NCBI GenBank assembly: GCA_013239625.1
Contig: MU053881.1
Span: forward strand, 16,544,373 to 16,608,372
Reading direction: 5' to 3'
Source of the DNA: Lama guanicoe
Lineage: Eukaryota
DNA length: 64,000 nt
How positions within the stretch are numbered: position 1 is the stretch's first letter; every line of letters begins with the position of its first letter. The notes under the pieces are model-generated. The model was not told the DNA's origin, ran no database searches, and worked only from the letters and a program-made list of their open reading frames with translations. Made by a program: the position numbers and the translations under genes. Shown here piece by piece: positions 48,901-57,544 of the stretch.

Positions 48901-49870
48901 CCCCCATGAGAGACTCTGTGTGTACGGGGGCCTAGGGATGGGGCACAGGGGGCTCCAGGCACCAGGGAATTGCCAAGGGGACTGGGGCAACTGCACGGAT
49001 GAGGCCAGAAAATTGGGCAGCAGAGGGCCATGAGGAAGGCCCTGCGTGCCTAGAAGAGCGCTTGGAGGCTACCTGCCTACCCGTCTCCCTCAGTCCCTGT
49101 CCACCTGTCCTCTCTCCCCACCCATCTGCCTGCCCACCCCCCACCTATCCAGGCATCTGTCTGTTGCTGATGTGATATGATCTGATTTGGGTTTGAGATG
49201 GTAAATGTGGGGGTGGGTGGGACCAGGGGTGGAAGAGGCTGGTGGAGGGTCCAGGCCAGAGGTGACAGAGCCCAATGGAGGCAGCTGTGGCTGTGCCCAT
49301 GGGCGGAAGTGGGCTCTGACCTGAGTCGCTGGATGGGCAGCCCGGGGTCACAGAGATGGTCTGGTGCGGTTCCAACCCAGCGCCTGGAGCTGACTGAAGA
49401 GGGAGAGGGTGGGGCACACTTCTGAAGCATGAGCAGGAAGCCCAGGGGACTCTGGGGTCCGGAAAGATCCAATGTCCCCATGTGGGTGGCAGGGAACACC
49501 CGTCCTGTACATAAGCTCATAGAGGTACCTAGCTGCTCTCGCCTGCTCTGTGTGCTTGCTGGCTGCCCCTCACAGGCCGGAGGGCCCCGGCTGTTGAGGG
49601 TGGAGGAAGGCAGGGGGCTTGTGAGAGACCCTGGGTCCAAGTAGGGGCCTCACTGCGTAGCCCGGAGGGCTCGGTGGACATCCACTGCCTCCGTGTTAAC
49701 AATTATTTCTGCCTCTCTTTCGTGTCCTCTCTTACAGCCCCCAACTTCTGGCCCTTTCACCTCCTCCTTTGGAGGGGCAGGATTCTCAGATGACCCCTTT
49801 AAAAGTAAACAGGATACTCCTGCTCTGCCTCCGAAGAAACCTGCTCCTCCGCGGCCCAAACCGCCCAGCG
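5263..49870 (+). CDS. EPS15L1: EPS15L1 (EPS15R) spliced coding region, exons 2-22; partial at both ends
   Basis: 21 exons splice with consistent phases into one ORF ([14 protein letters not shown]...[17 protein letters not shown]) matching recalled EPS15L1: 3 EH domains, coiled coil, DPF repeats. All visible sites are GT-AG except the exon 18 donor; part of exon 11 is in an N gap. Confidence 0.97.
5511..5600 (+). CDS. EPS15L1: EPS15L1 exon 3 (90 nt, [30 protein letters not shown])
   Basis: ttccag|GTAGAC...GGGAAG|gtatgt; EH domain. Confidence 0.96.
6078..6125 (+). CDS. EPS15L1: EPS15L1 exon 4 (48 nt, [16 protein letters not shown])
   Basis: ccacag|ATATGG...AAACAG|gtatat; conserved EH tryptophan. 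Confidence 0.96.
6375..6790 (-). mobile_element. Old L1 (L1M-type) 3' fragment
   Basis: gaagttgcaaaaaatagttcagag...ttttgagaatgtcctataaatgg resembles old L1M 3' end. Confidence 0.55.
7772..7867 (+). CDS. EPS15L1: EPS15L1 exon 5 (96 nt, [13 protein letters not shown]...MPPPKF)
   Basis: ttgcag|GGTTTC...AAATTT|gtaagt. Confidence 0.96.
7940..8450 (-). mobile_element. L1MB-like 3' fragment
   Basis: cattttcatcaccccaaaaggagaccctgtgcccattaag...gaattgctgagttatatggtaactc. Confidence 0.75.
8557..8619 (+). CDS. EPS15L1: EPS15L1 exon 6 (63 nt, [21 protein letters not shown])
   Basis: tctcag|CATGAC...GTGAGG|gtgagt. Confidence 0.96.
9920..10465 (-). mobile_element. LINE-1 3' fragments (younger copy next to an older stub)
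   Basis: ttagattccacatacaagtgagatca shared with the 2600-3665 copy. Confidence 0.75.
10549..10674 (+). CDS. EPS15L1: EPS15L1 exon 7 (126 nt, [14 protein letters not shown]...LPLDVLGR; EH2)
   Basis: aactag|GTAGAA...GGCAGG|gtaagt. Confidence 0.96.
11955..12200. repeat. Degenerate CATC/CATCCGTG low-complexity repeat
   Basis: Runs of catccat/gtgcatccat; source of His/Pro-rich spurious ORFs. Confidence 0.8.
12305..12520 (-). mobile_element. MIR-like SINE remnant
   Basis: atgaggaaacggag...cctaaggttgcacag, MIR core in antisense. Confidence 0.55.
12790..12975. mobile_element. MER20-like hAT DNA transposon remnant
   Basis: ccccaggggac...tctggagatatttttggttgtc...tcctacagtgcacagga matches recalled MER20 consensus. 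Confidence 0.75.
13781..13801. repeat. (GT)10 microsatellite
   Basis: Direct reading. Confidence 0.9.
14045..14099. repeat. Tandem duplication Cn-ACACCCTTAGTACTGG x2
   Basis: Two exact 16-mer copies, preceded by C8 and C12 runs. Confidence 0.9.
14130..14189 (+). CDS. EPS15L1: EPS15L1 exon 8 (60 nt, [20 protein letters not shown]; EF-hand loop)
   Basis: ttgcag|GTCTGG...GCTGTG|gtaggc; DxDxDG Ca-binding loop. Confidence 0.96.
16025..16172 (+). mobile_element. tRNA(Ala)-derived SINE, camelid Vic-1-like
   Basis: A box TAGCTCAGTGG, B box GGTTCGATCC, then A-rich tail taaataaataaata...caaaa. Confidence 0.85.
16640..16845 (-). mobile_element. L1MB-like 3' fragment
   Basis: ttgtggtagaatacacat...ccatccccagaactc. 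Confidence 0.65.
17808..18041 (+). CDS. EPS15L1: EPS15L1 exon 9 (234 nt, [11 protein letters not shown]...SIKQTQ)
   Basis: tcacag|GCAATG...ACACAG|gtacag; 78 codons, phase 0-0. Confidence 0.96.
18188..18526. mobile_element. MaLR solo LTR (MLT1A-like)
   Basis: tttatttctcacagttctgg...ccaagatcaaggtgccagcagatt...ccatcacactggggattagg...gacacaaacatttagaccatagca. Confidence 0.8.
19016..19177 (-). mobile_element. tRNA(Ala)-derived SINE, camelid Vic-1-like, antisense
   Basis: Reverse complement reads ATAGCTCCGTGGTAGAGCGCGTGCTTAGCATGCACGAGGTCCTGGGTTCAATCCCCGGTACCTCCA plus A-rich tail; imperfect flanking repeat gc(a/t)gtatctt may be a TSD. Confidence 0.87.
20529..20686 (+). CDS. EPS15L1: EPS15L1 exon 10 (158 nt, PTVNWVV...LLAHIW; EH3)
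   Basis: tttcag|CCAACA...CATATG|gtaagg; DLDLDG EF-hand loop. Confidence 0.96.
22628..22799. other. Assembly gap (172 N) covering most of EPS15L1 exon 11
   Basis: N run abutting coding sequence; other gaps at 3113-3255, 28748-28914 and 60829-60972. Confidence 0.95.
22800..22832 (+). CDS. EPS15L1: EPS15L1 exon 11, visible 3' end only ([11 protein letters not shown]); remainder in N gap 22628-22799
   Basis: GTCCCGCCATCA...ATCCCG|gtgagt directly after the gap; matches recalled VPPSERGTP. Confidence 0.9.
22876..22894 (+). promoter_or_regulatory. Near-consensus CTCF binding motif
   Basis: CCGCCACCAGGTGGCGCTG matches core CCASYAGRKGGCRS exactly; CpG-retaining context. Confidence 0.7.
23096..23181 (+). 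CDS. EPS15L1: EPS15L1 exon 12 (86 nt, [28 protein letters not shown])
   Basis: ttctag|GACAGT...CAAAG|gtacgt; coiled-coil start. Confidence 0.95.
24281..24645. mobile_element. MaLR solo LTR (MLT1A-like)
   Basis: caggctgggcggcttaaacagcaga...ccaaaggccctacctcctaataccatcacactgggggttagggtttcaacatacgaatt. Confidence 0.8.
25155..25480. mobile_element. Older MaLR LTR fragment (MLT1-type)
   Basis: cacagctctgtagaccaggagttcag...ctcagggttcacaaggc...tcaaggtgttggcc; subfamily uncertain. Confidence 0.5.
25718..25790 (+). CDS. EPS15L1: EPS15L1 exon 13 (73 nt, [24 protein letters not shown])
   Basis: tttcag|GGAGAA...GTACAG|gtgagc; phase fits exon 12. Confidence 0.95.
25968..26270 (-). mobile_element. L1MB-like 3' fragment
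   Basis: aagtgtacaactcagtggtttttagcatattca...ctatggatttgcttattctggacatttca. Confidence 0.75.
28235..29790 (-). mobile_element. LINE-1 (L1MB-like) ~1.5 kb, 3'UTR plus ORF2 end; contains N gap 28748-28914
   Basis: Continuous antisense L1 text (atccattttgagttaactttt...ggtgtgaggtagggtccagcttcat). Confidence 0.85.
31575..31736 (+). CDS. EPS15L1: EPS15L1 exon 14 (162 nt, [12 protein letters not shown]...KCQDETQM)
   Basis: ccctag|GAATTA...CAGATG|gtgagt; coiled coil. Confidence 0.96.
32247..32444 (+). CDS. EPS15L1: EPS15L1 exon 15 (198 nt, [11 protein letters not shown]...STQDEINQ)
   Basis: tttcag|ATTTCT...AACCAG|gtatcc; coiled coil. Confidence 0.96.
33941..34105 (+). CDS. EPS15L1: EPS15L1 exon 16 (165 nt, [11 protein letters not shown]...ERGGFGAM)
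   Basis: gtacag|GCAAGA...GCCATG|gtaaag. Confidence 0.96.
34473..34500. repeat. (GT)14 microsatellite
   Basis: Direct reading. Confidence 0.92.
35753..35758 (+). terminator. Candidate intronic polyadenylation signal AATAAA
   Basis: TGTA at 35705-35708, AU-rich upstream context, downstream GGCTTTTTGTTT. Confidence 0.55.
38045..38630 (-). mobile_element. Old L1 fragments (L1MB-like then L1MC-like)
   Basis: ttgtggtaaaatacacataac...ccttcctttttaaggctgagtagtattccattgtatg; acttacagaaaagttgcaaagatagtacagag. Confidence 0.75.
38777..38900 (+). CDS. EPS15L1: EPS15L1 exon 17 (124 nt, [10 protein letters not shown]...GADPFK; 5 DPF)
   Basis: ttatag|GATGAT...TTCAAAG|gtatct. Confidence 0.96.
39821..39871 (+). 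CDS. EPS15L1: EPS15L1 exon 18 (51 nt, [17 protein letters not shown]); donor reads GG, not GT
   Basis: atccag|GTGACC...TCAACAG|ggaaaa; phase 1-1 fits exons 17 and 19. Confidence 0.88.
39874..39938. repeat. Poly(A)/(GAA)n tract directly after exon 18
   Basis: About 25 A, G, a further A run, then (GAA)n. Confidence 0.9.
40355..40900 (-). mobile_element. Old L1 (L1MB-like) fragments
   Basis: aaccattttaaagtgcacatttcagtgg...ccagcccctggcagccacc; ttctagaattttatgtaaatgg. Confidence 0.7.
40937..41073 (+). CDS. EPS15L1: EPS15L1 exon 19 (137 nt, [14 protein letters not shown]...NPSLPSK)
   Basis: ttctag|ATCCTT...TCAAAG|gtgagt. Confidence 0.96.
42291..42351 (+). CDS. EPS15L1: EPS15L1 exon 20 (61 nt, [20 protein letters not shown])
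   Basis: actcag|CTTGAC...GGATCAG|gtgagc. Confidence 0.96.
43318..43400 (+). CDS. EPS15L1: EPS15L1 exon 21 (83 nt, [28 protein letters not shown])
   Basis: ttgcag|GTCCCT...TCCAAG|gtaaag; FADF motif. Confidence 0.95.
46271..46560. promoter_or_regulatory. Candidate intronic enhancer: CArG box, MEF2 site and ETS-like site
   Basis: CCTATTTAGG 46271-46280; CTAAAAATAG 46451-46460; CGGAAATG near 46552. Confidence 0.45.
49738..49870 (+). CDS. EPS15L1: EPS15L1 exon 22 (133 nt, [10 protein letters not shown]...[17 protein letters not shown])
   Basis: ttacag|CCCCCA...CCCAGCG|gtcagt; proline-rich PxLPxK SH3-ligand motif. Confidence 0.96.
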
Positions 49871-52800
49871 GTCAGTACCCTTCCTTCTCTCACAGCCGCC
49901 CGCCCACCGTCGCAGGCTGGCGGGGGGACTGAGGGCCCCTCCCGCACCGGTTGGGAGAAGAGGAGGTGCTGCGTGGTCTGCACTCGGAGCAGGAGGGTCT
50001 CCCCTCCGCCCCGTCACCTGGGTCCGCACACTGTGTGCCTGGGAGAGCCCCCAACCCCCATCCTCACCCGCCCTGGGGGCCCCTTGGCCCTGGCCTCTAC
50101 GCGGGGCTCCAGGGTGGTTCCCGGAAAGCCAGGGGCTCAGCCCTCCTCGCTGCCCAGCCAGGGGAGCTGCAGCATGGCCCCTGGCCCAGTGTGTAGGCGT
50201 TGACTTAGGGAGGGCCCAGGGGTGGGGACAGCAGTGGCAGTGGCCACCCTCTTTATCCAGTGCCTCCAAGCTGGTTAAGGACTTGGGGTGGAGGTGGGGG
50301 TCTTCCTGGGCCATGTTTGACGTGAGAGGAGGCAGGTGGCTCTGCACAAGGGGTTTCCTGCAGCCCCTCCCTCTCCCAGCTGTGGTGGTTTCTCTCGGGA
50401 GAGAGCCCGGCGTATCCCCCAGAGGAGCGATGTGATGGCTATAGGCTGACAGGCAAGGTTACCAGACTCAAGCAGAAAGCTATTGGCAGAGGGATTCTCT
50501 GCACTTCCCCAGACCATTTACCCCACTTCATCGTTTGCTCTGGTCTCCAGGTAGTCATCTGCATTGTCCCTAGACTGTGGGAGAACACGTGCTCCCTCAG
50601 TTGTGCCTTCTCTTCCACAGCATCCTCTTGCCGCCCTTTCTGTGGGAGGGAGGGTGGGCGGTGCTCTGGCTCAGTCTGCCCCAGGGGCTCTGCTGGGCGG
50701 CCTGTCGTCCGTGCAGACCCCCGACCTGGCGAGTGACCAGTGGTCATCAGTTCAAGTCTGGCCAGCCTTCAGCAGGGACAGCGGGGAAGCTATTTAAAAA
50801 CGCTGCCTCTCCCCTCCTGTCACCTGGGCTGGCCAGGGCTTTCTCGGGTGGACGGGGACTCCACCCGCAGTGCGCAGTTTGGCCTCCCTGTGGATAAGTC
50901 ATGGGAGAAAGCATGACCAATCGCCTGGGCGAATTCATAGCAGATTTTCTGTGAACTGTGAGCAGAAACAGATGCATAAGATCACTTCTTAAGCCTCACA
51001 TCAAAGGGATTTACCATAAAACGGGGGAGGAAAGCAGAAACAACAAAGGAATTCCCTTGTGTCTGCGAGAGGCCACTTGTAATGTAGACGGAGGTGGTGG
51101 CCCTTGGAGACCCTTGGCAGTCTCCTGATGGAACAGCATTGGGTCCTGTGGTCACACGCTACACACATGCACGTGCTCTCACACGGTGCTGGCAAGTACC
51201 TGCATGCGCGCCGCACACGTGAACGCGTGCACACGCCGAGCAGCGAGGCATCTGTTGGTCCTCGAGGAGGAGCTTTTCCGCTCACAGGCCAGGGCAGAGC
51301 TTCCTTCTCTGGGTTTCGTGGAAACGCTTACTCGGCTTCCTCCCCTTCCCTGAACCAGTGCTGGGTGCTTTTGAACTCACCCTCGGTCGTCACCTCCCCT
51401 GTAGCTCCCTCTGCGAGCCTCCCCACCTTCCCTGGGCTAATGCTGTGGACTTAGAAAGCAGAGTCTGCTGGAGGCTCGGCTGACCTTGGAGCTGGCTTCA
51501 GGGCTCGGTTTTTCAGAGAGCTGTCTATGTTTGAGGATGTTTGGGCCTGTGTCCTGGGGGTCTCAGGCTGCCTTTGTGCATGGCTCTGGGCTGCCGCACC
51601 CTTGCTCTGCCATGGCCAGCAAGGCACCAGGTGCCCTGAATACCCCCTTCACATCATGATCTGCATGTTCATGACTGTCACCTTGCCAGATTCTGGCAAG
51701 ACCCGAAAGCCAGACAAGATAGGCACCGCAATGCCCTCTTAACTGGAATTGGAAAGGGAAGTGCGAGAGGTCTCGTGGGTGCCCCAGGTCACACAGCAGG
51801 CTGGCAGCAGGGCCATCCCTGGACCCAGTGACCACCGCCTGTCCCAGCCCTCCCACCCCCGTAGACAGCTGTAATGAGAATCAAGCTGTGGGTTTGGGTG
51901 CTCTGGAAAACAGTCAACCGGTGTGCAGTGTTTAATCTGTGAGTGGCTAGGATGTACCCACATAGAGGCCTCACTGTCTCTCATCTGATTCTCTTGCCTA
52001 GAAGCAATGGCTGAACAGGAAAGCCCTGCGCTGTACACACTGCTGGGTGGTAGGTACATGCTGTGTGACGGTTGCCGTTGGAGCCCTTCCAGTGGTGTTT
52101 CTGCTGTAATTTCATACTAACCTCTAACAACCTGGAAACTGCTGGCCGTGCCGATGCACCTACGAAGGTCACCTGGCCCAGCAGTTGACATTTAACAAGG
52201 CGGATTTGAGGGGGAAGCATTTGGCTTTTTGAGGGATGCAAAGGAGGGTGTCCGCCCCACGCTGCTTCCCTGATGAAGGGAATTGGGGCCCAGCTGTGCG
52301 CACTGCCCTTTTCTCCCCAGCCACGCCGCTTAAACCGGAGCAGCCTGGTGGTTATCTGGTTGTTAGCAAGACACGTCGGCAGATGAGTGTTGGAGGAGGT
52401 CCCGCTCAAACGTTTGTTTATAAAGCATGAGGCATGCCTCTTGTTTTCTTGGCTGCTGAAGATGGGAAGCAACCAAGAGGCCGTCCAAGTGTCCTTGTTA
52501 TCATTTCTGTAAGAAAACGAGGTCCAGCGGTTTGAAAGTGAGGGAAGGCAATTTGCTTTTCTGTGCTTCTTGCTGACCCAGCCTTTTCCGGCTTGGAGAG
52601 GCCACGCGCCCAGCATGTGGCGGTGGCCGTCTGCACCTGAGAATGCCATGTGGTTGCGCCCAAGGGCCGTCCTGACTCGTGGGGGAGCATTGGTTCCAGT
52701 GGCTGAGCGGGGAGGAGATGAGGTGGGTACCCTGCTTCCGGGGCCCTGGCGGTTGAGCCATGATCCCGTGGAGGTTGCTTGTCCGGTGGGAGTGGTTTTT

Positions 52801-55800
52801 TTCATAAGCCACATATACAACGTTAGACCTGCACTCCAGAAACAAGAGGAAGGAATGGGCTCTTCTGTATTGTTCACCACCCTGCCTGTGAAGTGGCCCT
52901 GATGTGCCACCTCCCCAGCCCGGGCTTGTCTGCGGGGGACCCAGAGGTTTCTAGGACCCTGCTGGGTCTCTGCGCCTGGAGTTGGCTCCAGCATGTGAGG
53001 CATGACAGGTGAATCTGCTGCCATTTCCCTCTGGCCTCTGGGCTACCTGTCCTGCTAGACTCTGAGGAGCCTCCTTGATCAGGCTGGTTTCCTGTTCCTG
53101 CCCACCACCATCTCCCTGAGGGGCGCTGGGCAAGTGTCTTAACCTCCCTGAGCCTCAGTGTCCCTGCCTAAACGTGGGACGGACTCTGGCCCAGCAGCTG
53201 GTCCCACAGGTGAAGTGCCTTGCACAGTGATTGCATGATGAGTGCACCCCGCACCCAGCCCCGGGGGACGGGGACCAGGGCATGGGGTCCTCCACCCTGG
53301 CTCCTTTCCCAGGGAAAGACGGGCTGGGCCTGAGGTGGTCGTGCACTGTTACAGTGAGTTATCAAGGAATCCTTTTCCCCCGTGAGATTGCAGTTTAGCA
53401 GAAATCTTTACAGCTGAGAAAAGAGCGTGGGTAGTTGAACTTCAAAGAGGGCGCCAGGGTCCTCTCTGGCAAAGCTCAGCTGTCGTCACTCGTGTGGGAC
53501 CAAGTGAGTTACTCCTAGTTTTGGGGGGATGTCTCTTGCGCACCAGAGGCTGCAGTTTTCACATTCTGTCTGAGCTGTTTTGTTTTTTATTTGTTTTTCA
53601 AAGCTTGATGAAGGTTTAATCAGCATGTGATAAACACGCATATATAAGTGTCAGTCTGTGCAGTCACGATGGGGATCCTGCCAGCTGGGAGCTTCTCCAA
53701 GGTTCTCGGAGAAAGAGTTCTGGTGTCATCGGCCGATGACGGGAGCAGTCGTCGGCTGGCTGTCTGCTCTGACGCCAGCCACAAAGTGTACCCTTGGGAA
53801 CTCTTTCAAGAATCGCCCCCTGCGGGTGAGGGGCACGTGCACAGAGCTTTGGCGCTGGCCCTGACTTCTCTGTGCCTGGAGGTCTTTTCTAGAAAGGTCT
53901 GGCAAGGTAGGAAATAACCAGCAGGTGTCTGTTTGGGGTAGAGAGAATTGGTTTCTTCCAGGCAGATGCAAAACAGACCCCTGGGGCAGCCGCTGAAACC
54001 TGTCGGTTAGAGTTAGCGTAGGCACACCTCCCCCAGGTAAACAGAGGTGTGCTCCCTGCAACGGACCGGAGATCGAGATCAGTCAGAACTCACCACCGAA
54101 GAGTTTCTAGGTAAAAGTTGTTGATTTGCAAAGGGAGAAACAGATTTTTTTTTTAAGTGCAGGAAATGGCTGTGTGGGTGTCAGTGATTGGGCCTCGCGC
54201 CTGCGGCGACAGATAGCGGAATCCTGCACCCCGAGCCCCACCCTTGCCACTTCCTGCAAATGCAGCCCCGCGTTGCGGTTCCTGCAGCACCCGGGTGACA
54301 CCAGCTAGCGCGCCTTCACCGCTAACCAGCCAGTCACCTTTAACCTCTCCCCAGTTTAATTATCCTTTTATTAGTGCTAATGACCTTTTCACCTTTTGGA
54401 TAAAGCCACACGCACACTTACAATGCCTTTTTGCCCCTCTTCCCCTTCCCATAATTCTTCCTACAAAACTCGTTTAACCAGCATCCTGTTTGATTCAAAT
54501 GAAAAAAGAAAGAAAGAAAATCGTTTCTCCCCTAGAACATGAGTCTCCTCCCACACCTGTGTGTGGACTCCGCACGGTGGCTGACTGGGCTTCTATCTTA
54601 TGGGCGATTTTCTGGTTGCCACCCACCCTCCGGCTAGCTCGCTCGCTTGGCTGTCACCTTGACTGTCCCAGGGAGCCGCGCTTGGGACTCACGGAGGATG
54701 CCCCGGGTTCCACCAGGCACCAGCCCGTGTGCGCGCTTGGCTCTGAGATGCCAGGAGGGGGTGAAAGCTGGGTGGCCATCCCTAGCCAGTGTGGGTCCCG
54801 ACCCCTTGTTTATTGAACAGGATCCACTCTTAAAATGGCTTCTCCAGTTGAGCCGTGCGGTTAGCACCTCAGCCTTGAACTTAACTACTTTAATTCCGTT
54901 CCCACGATGATTTCAGAGAGATAATTCGGTGGGTACATGTAAGATTCTAGAATGGGACAAAAGCAGCTCACCACCAGCCCGAGAAGCTGGAACATCGTGG
55001 CACTTGCCGCCCAGCCAGGGCTGGAGTGTGCCAGGGGAAGCCTGGGCGCCCAGGCCGGTGGCGCCCTCCTCTCCCACGTGCTGCCCCAGGGCCAGCCGGA
55101 GCGGCTGTGCCAGGGCTGCGTGTGACCCCTGCGCCACGGCTGGGCGTGACCCCTGCCAACACTTGCTCAAAAGCCTGCGAGACCCAGCTCCCAGCAGAGA
55201 GAGAAATACTGTTTTCCTCTCAGCCTCTTAACATGTAAAATGCCTGGAGATGAATAGTTCTTTGGAGTAAATTTCTGTTCTGCAAAGTCGGCTGAGTTTG
55301 AAAATAGAAGCATTTGCCTACCTTAGCACACGCCCACCCTCTTGCACCCAGAATCGCGTGGCGGATTGAGTGTGAGTTGAAGGACGCTGTTGTCACCTAT
55401 TGTTCAGTGGGGTGCAAATGCCCAGGCTTGGGGCCCTGGGGCAGAGGAGTCAGGACTCAGCCAGCGGGGGTCCAGAGGGGCAGCAGGGCCTTGTGGTGGG
55501 GTGCAGGCCCAGAGAGCCTGGACTCCCCTGTCTTGCATCTGAGCGTGGGTGTGAACGGACAGGAGCTGCCACCCTGACCCTAGCTCCTTCCTGGTCACTG
55601 TGAGGGCCTCTCGTACCCACCACCAGGCCTCCCCCAGCCCCTCAGTTCCACCTGCAGCAAGGTGAGAGGGCCCAGAAGGATTTTCTCTGTGTGGCCCGTG
55701 CTTTTCTGATGGGATGAATGTGGTTCCTAGTCTCTCCATTTCTCACATTTAAAGCAGTGAGTCAGCCCCTTTCCTTCCGCCATTAATGGTCAATGGAAAA

Positions 55801-57194
55801 ATAGCACGTGTATGTATCTGGGTGGGGGCTGGAAACTGGCCGTAAAGAGAGTGAGTTGGTGGGGCCCCCGTCTCTCTACTCCTTTCCTGCTGCCCCCACA
55901 GCAGGAGGGAGCTCCTAGGGGCTCTGCCTCCCTCCGCTCCAGTGCACACCTGCCTCCTAACTGGCTTCCAGACCCGCCACACGGCACCCTGGGGATTTTG
56001 TTAGATGTGGGCACAGTGCCTCTGCCCCTGCAAGGGTGGCGTCTGGCAGCGCTGGCTCTCCTCTGTAGGGAGGGACAAAGGCTGGGCCACCATGGCCCCA
56101 GGGCTCCCCCCACCCAGCTGTAGGAGCATCTCCTACAGCTCCTCCCCAAGGCACCCCATGCCCCTTGGAGGGGACAGGTCGGGGCAGATCGGCACAAGGG
56201 CTGCTCCAGCTGAGTGTGTTGAAGGCGCAAATCAAAGAACAAGTCTGATTTTTCAAAAAGCAGAACTGTGAGACCTGTCAGTCTGTATTATTTTTGTTCT
56301 GAAACTGACTTGTGATTTGTGAATTCATATAAGTCACGTCCCCCCACCTCCCCGTTTTTGCTACAGAATTCAAGTAGCTCGTCAGGTTTCCTACGAGTGG
56401 GTTAGGAGCCTTTTGAGGAAACCTCTCGAAAACTGTACTTCTCACTCCACAGGATATTTGTCTTTTGAGGACCCCCAAAGTGGGGCATCTCTCCCCCCTT
56501 CTCTCCTTTTCTTCTGACGGTGCGATGGCCCCACATCCAGCAGGAACGCCACCCACCTGCCATTCCCACCACCTTTGCCACCCCAGGCACCTCACAAAGG
56601 ATGAGAAATGCATCCGTTATGGGGATGCCTGGTGGATAATAGTAAATATTTGTTCAGCTTTTCTCAACAGTTCAGAACCAAACCTCATCCTGTTCCCTTC
56701 AATGCATTAAGCAGATTTTTCTTAAAATTCGGTAAATATTTTTAGTGGAAAATCTCAACACTGTGATGGTGGGGACCTCAGATTTTATCTGCTGGGGCTG
56801 TGCTGCTTGGCATGGCTTTGATCTGCCGGGTTTGCCTTCTCTTGTGCATCAGCGAGAGCCAGCAGGGCTGGCGTCTGCAGGCTCCTTGCTGGCAAGCGCT
56901 CGTGCTTGGTGGCCCGGGGGTCATGCTGTGGGAAGTAGCTCTCCTCGTCCCCCACCTGCCCTGTCCCAGCAGAGGCACACGCACACCCATGTGTGTTGGT
57001 GAAAAGTGATCATTCTCAGTAAAAATTTCCCAAGTGATTGTGGATGTGAAAGGTTGTGCCTGGACAACTTGCTTTCTCTCTCCTTATTAAGCTTTTTGGC
57101 TGGGGTTGAGGGTGGGCGGGGAGGAGCCAGGTGGCAAGGAGTGTCCCCTCGCCGGCCACAGCTCTCCCGTGTGGTGCGACTCTCAGAAGCCTGG

Positions 57195-57520
57195 CAATTG
57201 TGTGGGTGTCCTGTACTGTGTAGGATTAATGATAGTTGTGTGGGTCTCTGAGCTATGTAGGACCAGTGACAGTTGAGTGGGTGTCCCATGTTGTGTAGGA
57301 CCAGTGACAATTGTGTAGGTCTCCGTGCTGTGTAGGACCAGTGACAATTGTGAGTCTCTGTGCTGTGCAGGACGAGTGACAATTGTGTGGCAGTCCTATG
57401 CTGTGCAGGACCAGTGACAGTTGTGTGGGTGCCCCGTGTTGTGTAGGACCAGTGACAGTTGTGTGTTTCGTCCCGTGTTGGGACAGATGGCAGTTGTGGG
57501 AACGTCCTGTGTTGCATAGG
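57195..57520. repeat. Minisatellite, about 9 degenerate copies of a 35-38 bp unit
   Basis: Consensus roughly CARTTGTGTGGGTGTCCYGTGYTGTGTAGGACCAGTGA. Confidence 0.9.
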
Positions 57521-57544
57521 GTAATAGCTGAGGTGGGGCACCTG

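Noticed and set aside
51981-53024. 347-aa minus-strand ORF, the longest in the ORF track
   Set aside because: Antisense within a GC-rich intron, no recognisable domain, composition like random translation; would need conservation or ribosome-profiling support.
54105-54130. Possible EPS15L1 exon 23 start (ttctag|GTAAAAGT, G-K-S)
   Set aside because: The frame stops two codons later and does not continue as the expected KSTPVSQ; I found no exon 23 in the window.
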